IMG/VR virus record: IMGVR_UViG_3300018080_000002
Location: 64,001 to 128,000 of that record
DNA length: 64,000 bases
DNA from: a virus
Reading direction: 5' to 3' (one strand)
The notes beneath the pieces are model-generated. The model saw only the letters and a list, made by a program, of their open reading frames with translations, had not been told where the DNA came from and ran no database searches. The stretch's first letter is position 1; each line of letters starts with the position of its first letter. The translations under genes and the position numbers were made by a program. Shown here piece by piece: positions 38,102-47,950 of the stretch.

Positions 38102-38968
38102 ATGTTTAAAATAGCTCATGTTTCAGAGGAATTAGCTCCAGGTGAATTTGAGAATGAGATCAAAGAAATCGCATATGCCTTAGATACATATGTTCCGAAA
38201 CCGAAGCTTGGTCAGCCATTCAAAATGAAGATTGAATCAGGATTTTATGATTTGCAATGTTCCCTGAATGAGCATTCTGTCAAAAAGCTTAAACCGATGG
38301 AGATCATTTCTGACGAGATGATGGAAACATCGTGGAATAGGGTGCTTAGATCGGAGGTTCATAAGTTTTATACGAGCAGGGACAGGCTGGAGTCGAAGGG
38401 ATTGCTGCATAAAACGGGTTTATTGCTATACGGACCTCCAGGATCGGGCAAAAGCTCTCTGCTTAAGATGGAGATGAAAAGGTTAGCTCAAGATGGAAAG
38501 GTCATATTTATGGCTCGTAGCCCATATATGATCAAAGAGTCGTTGGCCAATTTCAGGAAAATGGAGCCAAACAGAGATGTAGTGGTTATCCTGGAAGATA
38601 TGGATGAGTACGTTAAATATGGTCTGCATGAGATGTTGGAGACAATGGACGGTATGAACACCGTTGATCATGTCATGTTTGTCGCTACGACGAATAACAT
38701 GGAGGGGATGCCTAACAAGATCTTAAGGACTGGAAGGATCGATAAAAAGATAGAGATACCGATGCCTCATGTAAGAGAGAGGCGAAAGTATCTTGAGATG
38801 AAAACCAACTGGAGGCCATCATTGATTGAAAATGTGGCGGTTAGGACTGAAGGATTTGGGTACTCGGATCTCAGGACATTATGTCATTTCGTGGATGGTT
38901 ATGGAATGAAGATAAGAGATTCATATAGAGAAATACGGAACGATATACGTTCTCGTAATAAGAAATAA
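38102..38968 (+). CDS. AAA+ ATPase
   Basis: LLYGPPGSGKS, ILEDMD, ATTN, RTGRID. Confidence 0.9.
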   Translation: MFKIAHVSEELAPGEFENEIKEIAYALDTYVPKPKLGQPFKMKIESGFYDLQCSLNEHSVKKLKPMEIISDEMMETSWNRVLRSEVHKFYTSRDRLESKGLLHKTGLLLYGPPGSGKSSLLKMEMKRLAQDGKVIFMARSPYMIKESLANFRKMEPNRDVVVILEDMDEYVKYGLHEMLETMDGMNTVDHVMFVATTNNMEGMPNKILRTGRIDKKIEIPMPHVRERRKYLEMKTNWRPSLIENVAVRTEGFGYSDLRTLCHFVDGYGMKIRDSYREIRNDIRSRNKK

Positions 38969-39008
38969 TTTCTGTAGGTGATAATTTTATTTTTTATAGA
39001 GGTATGTT

Positions 39009-39848
39009 ATGCGAAAAGAATTTAAAAAAGAAATGGCAAGAATAGAGTCTGTTTTAGGTCGAGATACTGGCGAAAGAGATTCTATTGAGGAATATTCTGA
39101 ACCTTGGATGAATAAAAAAGTTAAGAGTCAAAAGACTGGTCGAATGGTTAAGATCGGATCATTAGAGCCAGCAGAACGAGCAAAATATCGACCAAAATCA
39201 GAGCAAAAACCAGCTCATCATCATGCTGCTGAAGCCTTGAGGAAGTCGGGACATCACAAGTTGGCAGATAAGGTTATGAGAGATCCAAAGTCTCATGCAA
39301 AAATAGCAGATAAAATGGAAGATATAAATAATCATGGTATTGCTGCTATGTTAAGGGCTGATGATGATACTGATGTTGAGGTTTTAGCCAAGGGTGAGCA
39401 CGATCATCATGAGTTTGATATGAGAGGTAAGCCTGAGAAATATGGTCATGAAAGAGATGATGCCTTGAGGGCAAAATATGAAGCTACTAATCCAGATAAG
39501 AGGATGGGTGACGGGGACGAATTTGATAAATGGCAAGCTCCAGGCCATTTGTCTGCTTTGAGATATCTTCATAAAAACAATCTACATCATACTGATACCT
39601 ATAAGCGTTTGGCTGATAAGGTCAATAAGCATAAGGATAAGTATAAGAAACTTCATGACGAGCATCTGAAGGGCTATAAAGACAATCATAAACAAGCCAA
39701 GGCAGAGTTGAAAGAGACTCAGAAAAGATTCAAAGACAAGTATGATAGGAAATATACGATGGGTGATCATAAGAGCTATTTGCATAGTATTAAAAGCACT
39801 CATGACACACAGAAAGATCTTGGTAGGGTTCTTGGTTTAGATAAATAG
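39009..39848 (+). CDS. His/Lys-rich leader-bearing protein
   Basis: MRKEFKKEMARIESVL; KTGRMV motif. Confidence 0.75.
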   Translation: MRKEFKKEMARIESVLGRDTGERDSIEEYSEPWMNKKVKSQKTGRMVKIGSLEPAERAKYRPKSEQKPAHHHAAEALRKSGHHKLADKVMRDPKSHAKIADKMEDINNHGIAAMLRADDDTDVEVLAKGEHDHHEFDMRGKPEKYGHERDDALRAKYEATNPDKRMGDGDEFDKWQAPGHLSALRYLHKNNLHHTDTYKRLADKVNKHKDKYKKLHDEHLKGYKDNHKQAKAELKETQKRFKDKYDRKYTMGDHKSYLHSIKSTHDTQKDLGRVLGLDK

Positions 39849-39858
39849 GAGATTTCAA

Positions 39859-40161
39859 ATGAGACAAGAATATATTGATGAGATGAAAAAGATCGAATCT
39901 GTTCTTTCTGAGGTTACTTTTAGTGGCGGTGGTTCTGATGATGCAGCTAAGGCATTTAAGATCCTGGGTACTAGGCCAAAATCCTCGGTAACGTCAATTG
40001 GTATAGTTGCTTATGGTACTGGCTTGAGTGAAATTGATGCGGTTTTGTTGAAAAAGCTTTTAAAGATCAAAACATTTACGGGTGTATCATTCAATCCTCA
40101 ATCTAAATTAGAAATCATGTTTGATTTAGGCGATGATTTTGAGGATGAGGATGAGGAATAG
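39859..40161 (+). CDS. Leader-bearing protein
   Basis: MRQEYIDEMKKIESVLSE. Confidence 0.75.
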   Translation: MRQEYIDEMKKIESVLSEVTFSGGGSDDAAKAFKILGTRPKSSVTSIGIVAYGTGLSEIDAVLLKKLLKIKTFTGVSFNPQSKLEIMFDLGDDFEDEDEE

Positions 40162-40175
40162 TTAGGAGATAAGAG

Positions 40176-41057
40176 ATGATTTCATTAGAGAGAAAACTAT
40201 ATGAGGATTCCATTGATGGGTTGGCGTCTGTTTTATGCGAGTCCTCAAGGATCAATGAAGAGTATGATCTTATCCTACAAAAAGAGTCTTTGGGTAAGCC
40301 GAAAGATATTGAAAAGTGGCATAAGGATCTTTTAGCTTGGATGAAAAAATATAAGCTTAAACCAGGCGCACAGCTAAAGATGTCTGGTGGACGTTTGTAT
40401 GATCCTTCCAAGATGGCACCGACCAAAGCTGGTGATGAGTTTGAAAAACTATTAAAGAGAGCCTTAGATCTTAAAATAGGGTCTGAATACAATTTTAGGA
40501 CTGGAGGTAGTATGCAGACCTCTAGTAAGTTGGCTGTCAATATATTTAATAGTGCAGATCTTGTTTTTGGTGAGTATGACGATCTTGAGTATGCTGGTGG
40601 TGATAATACCTATGACTATTGCAAAGTAGAAAATGAGGGTGCTGTTTCTATTATAGACAGGAATTTCGTAGAGAAATTTATTGAGCATTTAGGTGATGAT
40701 ACTGCTTATGTTATCCCGTCAGAAATTAATAATCAGTGGGAAGATTTTGAGGAGCTTGCTCATAAGGCGAATGGGTCTGCTGGTTTGAATCCAAAATTCG
40801 GAGCCATGATTCGTTTTAAGGCTGTTGAGTTATTTGAAGTGCTCAAAAAGTTGGATGGCATAAAGATCTCATTGAACAACATTAAAAAGTCTAAGAATAA
40901 TCCAAAGTATTATTCGACTGTTGAATACAGGATTGAGGTTCCTAAGATTGTTGCATTTTATGTTTCAGTTAAATCTCAGAGATTACGTGATGGATCTTTT
41001 AGAGTGAATGCTGAAGCTGAATTGGATATCAAGCCTGGAAGGTTTCGTTCATTTTAA
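40176..41057 (+). CDS. Hypothetical protein, putative head-internal
   Basis: Leader with LYE, LCE and INE sites. Confidence 0.7.
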   Translation: MISLERKLYEDSIDGLASVLCESSRINEEYDLILQKESLGKPKDIEKWHKDLLAWMKKYKLKPGAQLKMSGGRLYDPSKMAPTKAGDEFEKLLKRALDLKIGSEYNFRTGGSMQTSSKLAVNIFNSADLVFGEYDDLEYAGGDNTYDYCKVENEGAVSIIDRNFVEKFIEHLGDDTAYVIPSEINNQWEDFEELAHKANGSAGLNPKFGAMIRFKAVELFEVLKKLDGIKISLNNIKKSKNNPKYYSTVEYRIEVPKIVAFYVSVKSQRLRDGSFRVNAEAELDIKPGRFRSF

Positions 41058-41074
41058 TAGCAGAGGGTTTTAAC

Positions 41075-43300
41075 ATGCTAAAGTATGGTTTTCTGAAAGA
41101 GACTAATGATGCTGTCTTAGATATTTTTAGAGAGGAAAACGGTTTTCCCAAGAAAAATGAATTAACTGAGGGATGGGGAAACGAAGGTTATGATTTTGAG
41201 GGGGATGATATTGGTGTTAAGGCTTGGAGCGTAACGCCTACGTTCTGGGAGCTTGACCTATATGACAACCTAAAACAGATTGGAAAACGTGGTAAGAGAA
41301 TAAAGCATCTTTATAAAAGGGTGATCCATAAAGAGGGTAGAACGGCATGGCCTGAAACTCTTATAGCTCGTCTTAAGCCTAATATGGGCAAGGCTGAGGT
41401 TATGAAAGAGTTTGATAAGATCATCAAAGAAATGGAAAGAGATACCGAGGCTGAAGTGCAAGTCAGTGGTGGAGAATCTGAGCTTAAAGCTGTGGATAGG
41501 TCTATTATTGAGCCATCCTGGGCAAATAAGTTTATCGATAAGGCTGGTAAGGACATCTCGGTACATTTCAAAAAACCCCATGTAACGATCTCCAGTAAAA
41601 AAGATTCTAAGGCGGCTGATGAACAGAGGATGTACCACTATATTGACGTAGACTGGCATTATGCTAAGAAAGTCAACATGTTAGTGGATGAGCTAATTAA
41701 GGGTGTTGGTCTTTCGTCTGCTGGTAAGATCCTTAAAAGGGAAAAAATCAAGTATAAAGAGCCTTTCCGTATGGACCCGATGTGGGAATCGAAGCAGTTG
41801 CGGTTGAGTGAAGGATCAATAAAGATATCTCCTGATGACCCAGTGAAAAAGCTGTGGGTTGTTTTAAAGTCTGAATTAACTCAGTTTGACAAAAAGCAAT
41901 CGACTAAATCTGGATATAATCATTATGCTCTAGCTCAGTATTTGGAGGCGGTAAATAAAGCTGCAAAGTTGGTTGGCAGTAAGGATGATAAGATACTTAT
42001 TTTTAAGGCATTAATAAAGTCTTTTACATTCAATAGAAATAGGATGAAATTTGATCTTCCTCCATTACAGAGAGTTGCTAAAAAATATGGTGTTGATTAT
42101 GAATCGGTTTCTGCTCTCCATAACAAGCAGGAGTCATCTGATATTGTAGTCAAAGATGGTAAGAAATTCTTCAAGCCTAAAAAGCCTGTTTACCACCGTA
42201 TGCCTGTTGAAAAATTTTCTGACATGACAGAGAGGGAGCTTAATAAGCTCGTACATAAGGCTATTAAGGGTGTTGATGTTCATTTTGGTTTTTCAGATCT
42301 TTTCACAGATAAACAGTTGAATGCTTTGTTGGATAGCGAGGTATTCAATGATTTTTCTCGTAGCACTAAGGACGATATTTATAACGCTCTGGGTGAGAGT
42401 GTGGAGATTTCTGAGTCTAATAAGTTGAAGGATGTTACGAAAAAGACAATAGCCATGTTGTCTGATCTTCGGCATATAGATGATGAAAATTTGGTTTCAG
42501 ATTTCCCGACTACATTATTGATGGTTCTTCATAATTTAGCGGTTATGTCTCAGGATCTTGGGATGGATGATGTTAAACGAGATATTTTGTCTTTGAAGAA
42601 AAGGTTAAATTCTAGTGTTGTTAAGTATCAAATGGGTGAGGCTGTTGGCAAAAATTTGATAGGCAGTGCTCCGAGCTTAGAGAGGATACAAAAATTAATC
42701 AGTAAATATTTTATGGGTAGTAAAGTTGATCTGAAAGAGACCGGAGAAAATGAGTGGTCAGTAGCTACAGGTAAAGGTGTTATCCCGAAGTTAAGAGTCA
42801 TCAAAAAGAAAAATCGTTTTAGGTTCGAGAGAACCGAGAGTAAATATGATCAAATAACGGAAAGAGATACTACTCCTGATGAATGGAAAAAGGCTTTGGA
42901 TGGTAACAGGCGTGTATTAAAGAGCCTGACAGACAAAGTCAAACGGATGCGAAAAGGAGAGACCTTCCCTAATCTGACTATGGATGGAGCTATGGGAGCT
43001 ATTAGGGGGTTGACTGTAGCTATTAAAAACATCGAAAAATCATTGGGTGAGAACGTTGATAGCATTGTAAATGAATCTTCATATGATGTAGCAGCAGATA
43101 GTATTGCTAGATCAGCGGCTTTGAATCCAAAAGCTGTGTTGAAACTTATTGAGAGGCAGGGGTGGGATGGCGATAAATTGGCCGAATTGATCCATGCAAA
43201 AAAAGTAGATGCGATGGATGTTATGGTTGCTCTGGTTGGGAACAAGAAAGGTATGGCTCAAGCAATAAAGAAAATCGAAAAATCATTGGGTGTTTCGTAA
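41075..43300 (+). CDS. Putative polyprotein of head-internal modules
   Basis: Leader like 30618; repeated internal [LIMV]xE|[SAG] sites; 19-bp direct repeat. Confidence 0.65.
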   Translation: MLKYGFLKETNDAVLDIFREENGFPKKNELTEGWGNEGYDFEGDDIGVKAWSVTPTFWELDLYDNLKQIGKRGKRIKHLYKRVIHKEGRTAWPETLIARLKPNMGKAEVMKEFDKIIKEMERDTEAEVQVSGGESELKAVDRSIIEPSWANKFIDKAGKDISVHFKKPHVTISSKKDSKAADEQRMYHYIDVDWHYAKKVNMLVDELIKGVGLSSAGKILKREKIKYKEPFRMDPMWESKQLRLSEGSIKISPDDPVKKLWVVLKSELTQFDKKQSTKSGYNHYALAQYLEAVNKAAKLVGSKDDKILIFKALIKSFTFNRNRMKFDLPPLQRVAKKYGVDYESVSALHNKQESSDIVVKDGKKFFKPKKPVYHRMPVEKFSDMTERELNKLVHKAIKGVDVHFGFSDLFTDKQLNALLDSEVFNDFSRSTKDDIYNALGESVEISESNKLKDVTKKTIAMLSDLRHIDDENLVSDFPTTLLMVLHNLAVMSQDLGMDDVKRDILSLKKRLNSSVVKYQMGEAVGKNLIGSAPSLERIQKLISKYFMGSKVDLKETGENEWSVATGKGVIPKLRVIKKKNRFRFERTESKYDQITERDTTPDEWKKALDGNRRVLKSLTDKVKRMRKGETFPNLTMDGAMGAIRGLTVAIKNIEKSLGENVDSIVNESSYDVAADSIARSAALNPKAVLKLIERQGWDGDKLAELIHAKKVDAMDVMVALVGNKKGMAQAIKKIEKSLGVS

Positions 43301-43517
43301 TTTTCTGACTTATACCTGGAGTCAAGGAATGAAAACTCAGAAAGAAAAGATCAAGGAAGAGAATGACAGGATCTTAGAAAAGATGAGAAATGGAGAGTCG
43401 TTATCGAGATGTAAGCCTCAAGACACCTGGTTTCAGCCAAGGCCGATAATTGAAAAGGATAAAGAGGCTATAAAGAAACTTGAAAAGATGAGCAAAAAGG
43501 ATGAGCCAGTACAATGA
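43290..43517 (+). CDS. Hypothetical protein
   Basis: ORF in operon; start uncertain. Confidence 0.55.
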   Translation: MFRNFLTYTWSQGMKTQKEKIKEENDRILEKMRNGESLSRCKPQDTWFQPRPIIEKDKEAIKKLEKMSKKDEPVQ

Positions 43518-43776
43518 TTTAAGGTTTACAAGATTGATATCTAGTCGCACAAATATGTGTGGCTATAAGAAATTGCCGCATAATTTAAAACAAGAGTTTG
43601 GAGAGGCTCATTTAATGTTTGAAAAAAGTGCTGCTAAGGAGGATTGGGATTCCGATGAGGAAACCACTTTAAGGGATTTACTACTAAGATTAGCGGAGGT
43701 TTTAGTCAGTCGTATAAACGTGAAAGAAAAGGAAAAGTCGTTAGTCAGTATAAAGGGTAATATTGAAAGGTTGTAA
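43501..43776 (+). CDS. Hypothetical protein
   Basis: Coupled ORF. Confidence 0.6.
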   Translation: MSQYNDLRFTRLISSRTNMCGYKKLPHNLKQEFGEAHLMFEKSAAKEDWDSDEETTLRDLLLRLAEVLVSRINVKEKEKSLVSIKGNIERL

Positions 43777-45110
43777 TGTTAAATCTTGGTAATATTGTAA
43801 AGTCCGTACAAAAAGTTTCTAAGGAAATAGAGGAATATCGTAATAGTAGGGTGTTAATTTATAACGAAGATTGTTTGTCTCGTTTAAAAAAAGTCGAAAG
43901 CGATTTCGTTGATTCATTGGTTGCAGATCCACCCGCTGGCATCTCGTTCATGAACAAAGATTGGGATAAAGATAAAGGCGGTAGGGATGAATGGATATCT
44001 TGGATGACTGAAGTAATGAAAGAATGCCACAGAGTAATGAAACCAGGAGCACATGGTTTAGTGTGGGCTATTCCCAGAACATCCCATTGGACTGCTACAG
44101 CATTAGAAGAGGCTGGTTTTGAAGTCAAAGATGTTGTGACGCATCTTTTTGGGTCAGGATTTCCTAAAAGTTTAAATATAAGCAAAGCTATCGATAAGCT
44201 GAAAGGGGTTGATAGGGAAGTTGTTGGTAGTGTTCCACACACAACTGGCATTCATAGAAATCATTCTTTACAGAGGAGTGAGTGGGATGAAAAAGATACT
44301 AAACAAGGCACTTTGAAAAATGATGAGATGAAAATAACCAAACCAGCCACACCCGAAGCTGAACAATGGGATGGCTGGGGTAGTGCGCTAAAACCGAGCA
44401 ATGAACATTGGATTTTAATAAGAAAACCATTATCTGAAAAGTCGATAGCGGAAAATGTTTTAAAACATGGGGCGGGGGGTATTAACATTGACGGGTCTAG
44501 GATTGGTACAAGTGGAAGTGCATTACACGCATCAAAACCAAGATCAAAGAGGACTGGATTTATAAAGGGATTTGTATCGGGCACCGAAACAGAGATAAGA
44601 AATCAAGGCCGATTTCCATCGAACACGGTCATGACACATCATCCTGAATGCGAACTAACGGTGTATCCGGATCATACTACAACATGGGAATGCCATGATG
44701 ATTGCCCGGTGAAGATGTTGGATGATCAATCTGGAATATTGAAAAACGGTGGTGCTGTAGCAGGTAAAGGGTATGAAAAAAATGGGATGTTTTCTATGGG
44801 AAATATAAATAATGCAAAGATTGATTTTGCTGGTGATAAAGGTGGTGCATCCCGATTCTTTTATTGTGCTAAAGCATCACGTTCGGATAGGGGTGAAGGA
44901 AACAATCACCCTACGGTTAAAAACACAAAATTGATGGAATATTTAGTAACACTCGTAACTCCAAAGAACGGTCGGGTATTAGATCCTTTTATGGGTAGTG
45001 GTAGTACAGGTGTGGCGTGTGCTAGACTTGGGTATAGATTTTTCGGAATAGAAAAAGAAAAAGAATATTTTGATATTGCAGACACAAGGATAAAGAACGT
45101 CCTGGATTAG
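43776..45110 (+). CDS. DNA N4-C/N6-A methyltransferase (beta class)
   Basis: DPPAG motif IV, GSGFPKS, HPTVK, VLDPFMGSGSTG motif I. Confidence 0.9.
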   Translation: MLNLGNIVKSVQKVSKEIEEYRNSRVLIYNEDCLSRLKKVESDFVDSLVADPPAGISFMNKDWDKDKGGRDEWISWMTEVMKECHRVMKPGAHGLVWAIPRTSHWTATALEEAGFEVKDVVTHLFGSGFPKSLNISKAIDKLKGVDREVVGSVPHTTGIHRNHSLQRSEWDEKDTKQGTLKNDEMKITKPATPEAEQWDGWGSALKPSNEHWILIRKPLSEKSIAENVLKHGAGGINIDGSRIGTSGSALHASKPRSKRTGFIKGFVSGTETEIRNQGRFPSNTVMTHHPECELTVYPDHTTTWECHDDCPVKMLDDQSGILKNGGAVAGKGYEKNGMFSMGNINNAKIDFAGDKGGASRFFYCAKASRSDRGEGNNHPTVKNTKLMEYLVTLVTPKNGRVLDPFMGSGSTGVACARLGYRFFGIEKEKEYFDIADTRIKNVLD

Positions 45111-45118
45111 AGGTTTGT

Positions 45119-45655
45119 ATGAATAGTTGGCTTTTAATAGAGGAAATAACTGAGGCGGTAAATCGTAAGAGGACACGTCCAAGGAAGATGTCTCTCAGAA
45201 AAGAGAGAACATGGAATAGGATTGATCAGGTCCAGGATGATATTGATGAAATATTGGATAAATTGGGGAAAAAGGAAACTATCTCGGTAGCTAAGATTGT
45301 TGAGTTGAATAACAGAGGTCGGATGCCGACTTTGTTAAAACATGCGGTTGTAGCGATTACCAAATATTTGTTGAAAAAGACCAATGAGAGTCGATCTCAG
45401 GCGTTTATTGGAGGTCATAATATAGCGTTTTGGTCTCTTAGACGGTATGGTTATGTCAAACGAAATGGATATGCCTTAACAGGAAAAGGTGTTCTGCGGA
45501 GTAAGCTGCACGAAAGAGAGGGTGCTGAGGGTGGTCGAAAGACCGACAGGTATGGTATTATGTATAATCAGGTATTCAAACGCAAAAAGAGCTATTCGGG
45601 TAAAGACAAATATCGTCATAAAACTGAACCGAAGATAAGAAATGTGAAAAAATGA
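45119..45655 (+). CDS. Basic hypothetical protein with leader
   Basis: MNSWLLIEEITE|A then R/K-rich. Confidence 0.7.
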   Translation: MNSWLLIEEITEAVNRKRTRPRKMSLRKERTWNRIDQVQDDIDEILDKLGKKETISVAKIVELNNRGRMPTLLKHAVVAITKYLLKKTNESRSQAFIGGHNIAFWSLRRYGYVKRNGYALTGKGVLRSKLHEREGAEGGRKTDRYGIMYNQVFKRKKSYSGKDKYRHKTEPKIRNVKK

Positions 45656-45849
45656 ATATGAAAGAGATCAATGAAAAGCTAAAGTTGATTGAGAGAAATC
45701 TTTTCAATGATGATGAAGAGGGTTTAGCGGATAAGGTAAATTCTCGTTTGAGAAAACGCCAAAAAAAATCTGGTGACAAAATGAAAGATAGATTGCGCCG
45801 TTCTCGTAAGTCTAGGATTTCAGATAGGAAAATTAGTAACAACGCTTGA
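45652..45849 (+). CDS. Small basic protein
   Basis: Leader resembles 15856 (KLKLIE vs RLKMIE); R/K-rich C-terminus. Confidence 0.65.
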   Translation: MNMKEINEKLKLIERNLFNDDEEGLADKVNSRLRKRQKKSGDKMKDRLRRSRKSRISDRKISNNA

Positions 45850-45871
45850 TGTTTACAAGGGGTATGATTAT

Positions 45872-46135
45872 ATGCAGAAATGTACTGGAAAAGTGAAGTG
45901 GTTTAATACCGAAAAGGGTTTTGGATTCTTAGCCAGAGATGGCCATCCAGAGGACATGGAGCCAAAGAAAGGTGTCTTTGTCCATTATGATGCCATTGAG
46001 AGGGTTGATGGTTTAGATAAGAAAACTTTGGTAAAGGACCAGATAGTAGAGTTTTTCGCTGTAACTTCGGAGAAAGGTCTTAAGGCGTTAAGGGTAAAAT
46101 TTGTTGAGGTTGGCGATGACAGTGACGAATCATAA
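45872..46135 (+). CDS. Cold-shock domain protein
   Basis: GKVKWFNTEKGFGF, VFVHY. Confidence 0.92.
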   Translation: MQKCTGKVKWFNTEKGFGFLARDGHPEDMEPKKGVFVHYDAIERVDGLDKKTLVKDQIVEFFAVTSEKGLKALRVKFVEVGDDSDES

Positions 46136-46826
46136 AATGCCTGAACTCCCTTTTCGGTCAACTCCGAATCATGGTGGAGAGATATCGCCGAGGATCATTG
46201 TGTTGAATTACACCCTTAGCAGGACGTTGATTAGTACGGTACGTTGGATGAGTACATCTGAGAGTCAGGCATCAGCACATATCATCATCGGTCGTGATGG
46301 TAAGGCTATGCAGATGTTGCCGTTTAACATCAAGGCATGGCATTGTGGTTTTTCTGAATTTAAGGGATTATCCAGATGTAATGATTTTTCGATAGGCGTT
46401 GAGTTGTGTAATTGGGGACCGCTTCAATACAAGCATGGCATGTATCAAACATGGGCAAAGACTACTGTTCATGATGACGATGTTGTCCAATTTGCTCATG
46501 ACCTAGAGCCTGGTAAGCAGAAATTTTGGGAGCGATACAGGGAGGAACAGATAGCATCCTGTATCAGCATTTGCAAAAAGATCTGCGAGCACTATCCGAT
46601 TGAGGCGATTGTTGGTCATTCCGATATTGCTAGACCGTTGGGTAGGAGCCTTGGACCTGGACCAGCATTTGATATTAACAAGGTCAGGGAAGAGGTTGGC
46701 ATTGGTTATTGTAAAGATACTGACGACTGTATCAAAAGCAGCAATTTTGAGTTATATTTACTCAGGAATGAAATTGAGTCTGTTTTAAAAAAGGTCAATA
46801 GGTTTCTGGATAGGCGTAGCGATTGA
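46116..46826 (+). CDS. Amidase_2 (AmpD-like) protein with degenerate Zn ligands
   Basis: IVLNYT (H to N), SAHIII, AWHCG, SIGVEL.N, GHSDI, SLGPG (D to G). Confidence 0.8.
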   Translation: MTVTNHKMPELPFRSTPNHGGEISPRIIVLNYTLSRTLISTVRWMSTSESQASAHIIIGRDGKAMQMLPFNIKAWHCGFSEFKGLSRCNDFSIGVELCNWGPLQYKHGMYQTWAKTTVHDDDVVQFAHDLEPGKQKFWERYREEQIASCISICKKICEHYPIEAIVGHSDIARPLGRSLGPGPAFDINKVREEVGIGYCKDTDDCIKSSNFELYLLRNEIESVLKKVNRFLDRRSD

Positions 46827-46857
46827 AAGTCGCCATCGATTTCGTTCGGGGGATATC

Positions 46858-47088
46858 GTGAAGGAGTATTTTCTCAAATTTGATTGTCCTAATTTTGTGG
46901 ATTCGGAGAAAGTTCTTCGAGCTATACAAGAGATTTTGGTTACGTACAAATGTAAGATGACTCAATGTGGTGAATTTGAAACGTTAAAAGAGGTGATATT
47001 TAGACATAGCACAGGAGCGTGTAAGGGACGATCGGTTCCACCTAAATACACCAAAAAAGTATCGGACGATTTTAGTGTTAAAGGTTAA
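46858..47088 (+). CDS. Hypothetical protein
   Basis: GGGGG SD plus GTG. Confidence 0.55.
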   Translation: MKEYFLKFDCPNFVDSEKVLRAIQEILVTYKCKMTQCGEFETLKEVIFRHSTGACKGRSVPPKYTKKVSDDFSVKG

Positions 47089-47941
47089 ATTAAAGCCCAG
47101 GGATAAGCGCAGAATCGAGACCTATCTCAGAAAGATAGATAGGCGTGTGTCTGCTTTTTTTCGTGGGACTGCTACTCATGCAGGTCGTCTAGTAGCTCAC
47201 CAGGTTAACCAGAAATTAGATCCTAGTCGAGATCCGCTGTCCAAGGAATACAGTGACGGTGTTAGGACTCTCAGAGTTAAAGGTGCTGAGAGGATTCCAA
47301 AAGACGAGCTAGGATTGCCGAAGCCTCTGACGAGAGTAAGAGAGGAGCATTGGGCTGCTATTGCTGTTAGAGCTGAAGCACAAAAAGGTGACGATCTATT
47401 TAGGCAGTCGAAAAATATTATAATCAAAATCAAGCCACATAGGCGTAAGTTATTGAAAAATAGGATGTCTCATTTGATTCCATTGATTCGATATGGTCCT
47501 TGGACACCAGATACCATACCTTATATCCCAAAGCCATCTGAGGCTTTGGTTTTGTATGTAAAGGTTCCGGTTATGGATCGAAAGTATTTTAGGGATCGAA
47601 ACATTAAAGATATGCGAAAAGTAAGGTCTATGTTGGCTAGGGAAGGGATATCAACGAAAGATCCTTTAAAGAATCTCTCGAAGATATATGCCGTTGAAGA
47701 GATAGAATACTATGCTCTAAGACGGGAATTTGGTTTGTTAGCTGCTGAGAAACCTATTTGGAAACCCTCGATCAAGTTTATGAAGAAAAAGGGTGCCGAA
47801 TATCTAATCACTACTAACAAGCAGTTGTGGCGCACATTGTTTGATCCAAGTTACAAGGGGTATGGTATGTTAGGTCGTTTTACAGAGATCGATGCCGATC
47901 ACGTAAAGTCGTTTCAGTCGTTTCAGGATAAAGTTCGATAA
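47075..47941 (+). CDS. Putative neck/tail-completion protein
   Basis: Basic; LRREFG...KPIWKP; upstream of the tail terminator. Confidence 0.5.
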   Translation: MLKVKLKPRDKRRIETYLRKIDRRVSAFFRGTATHAGRLVAHQVNQKLDPSRDPLSKEYSDGVRTLRVKGAERIPKDELGLPKPLTRVREEHWAAIAVRAEAQKGDDLFRQSKNIIIKIKPHRRKLLKNRMSHLIPLIRYGPWTPDTIPYIPKPSEALVLYVKVPVMDRKYFRDRNIKDMRKVRSMLAREGISTKDPLKNLSKIYAVEEIEYYALRREFGLLAAEKPIWKPSIKFMKKKGAEYLITTNKQLWRTLFDPSYKGYGMLGRFTEIDADHVKSFQSFQDKVR

Positions 47942-47950
47942 TGGAGGAGT

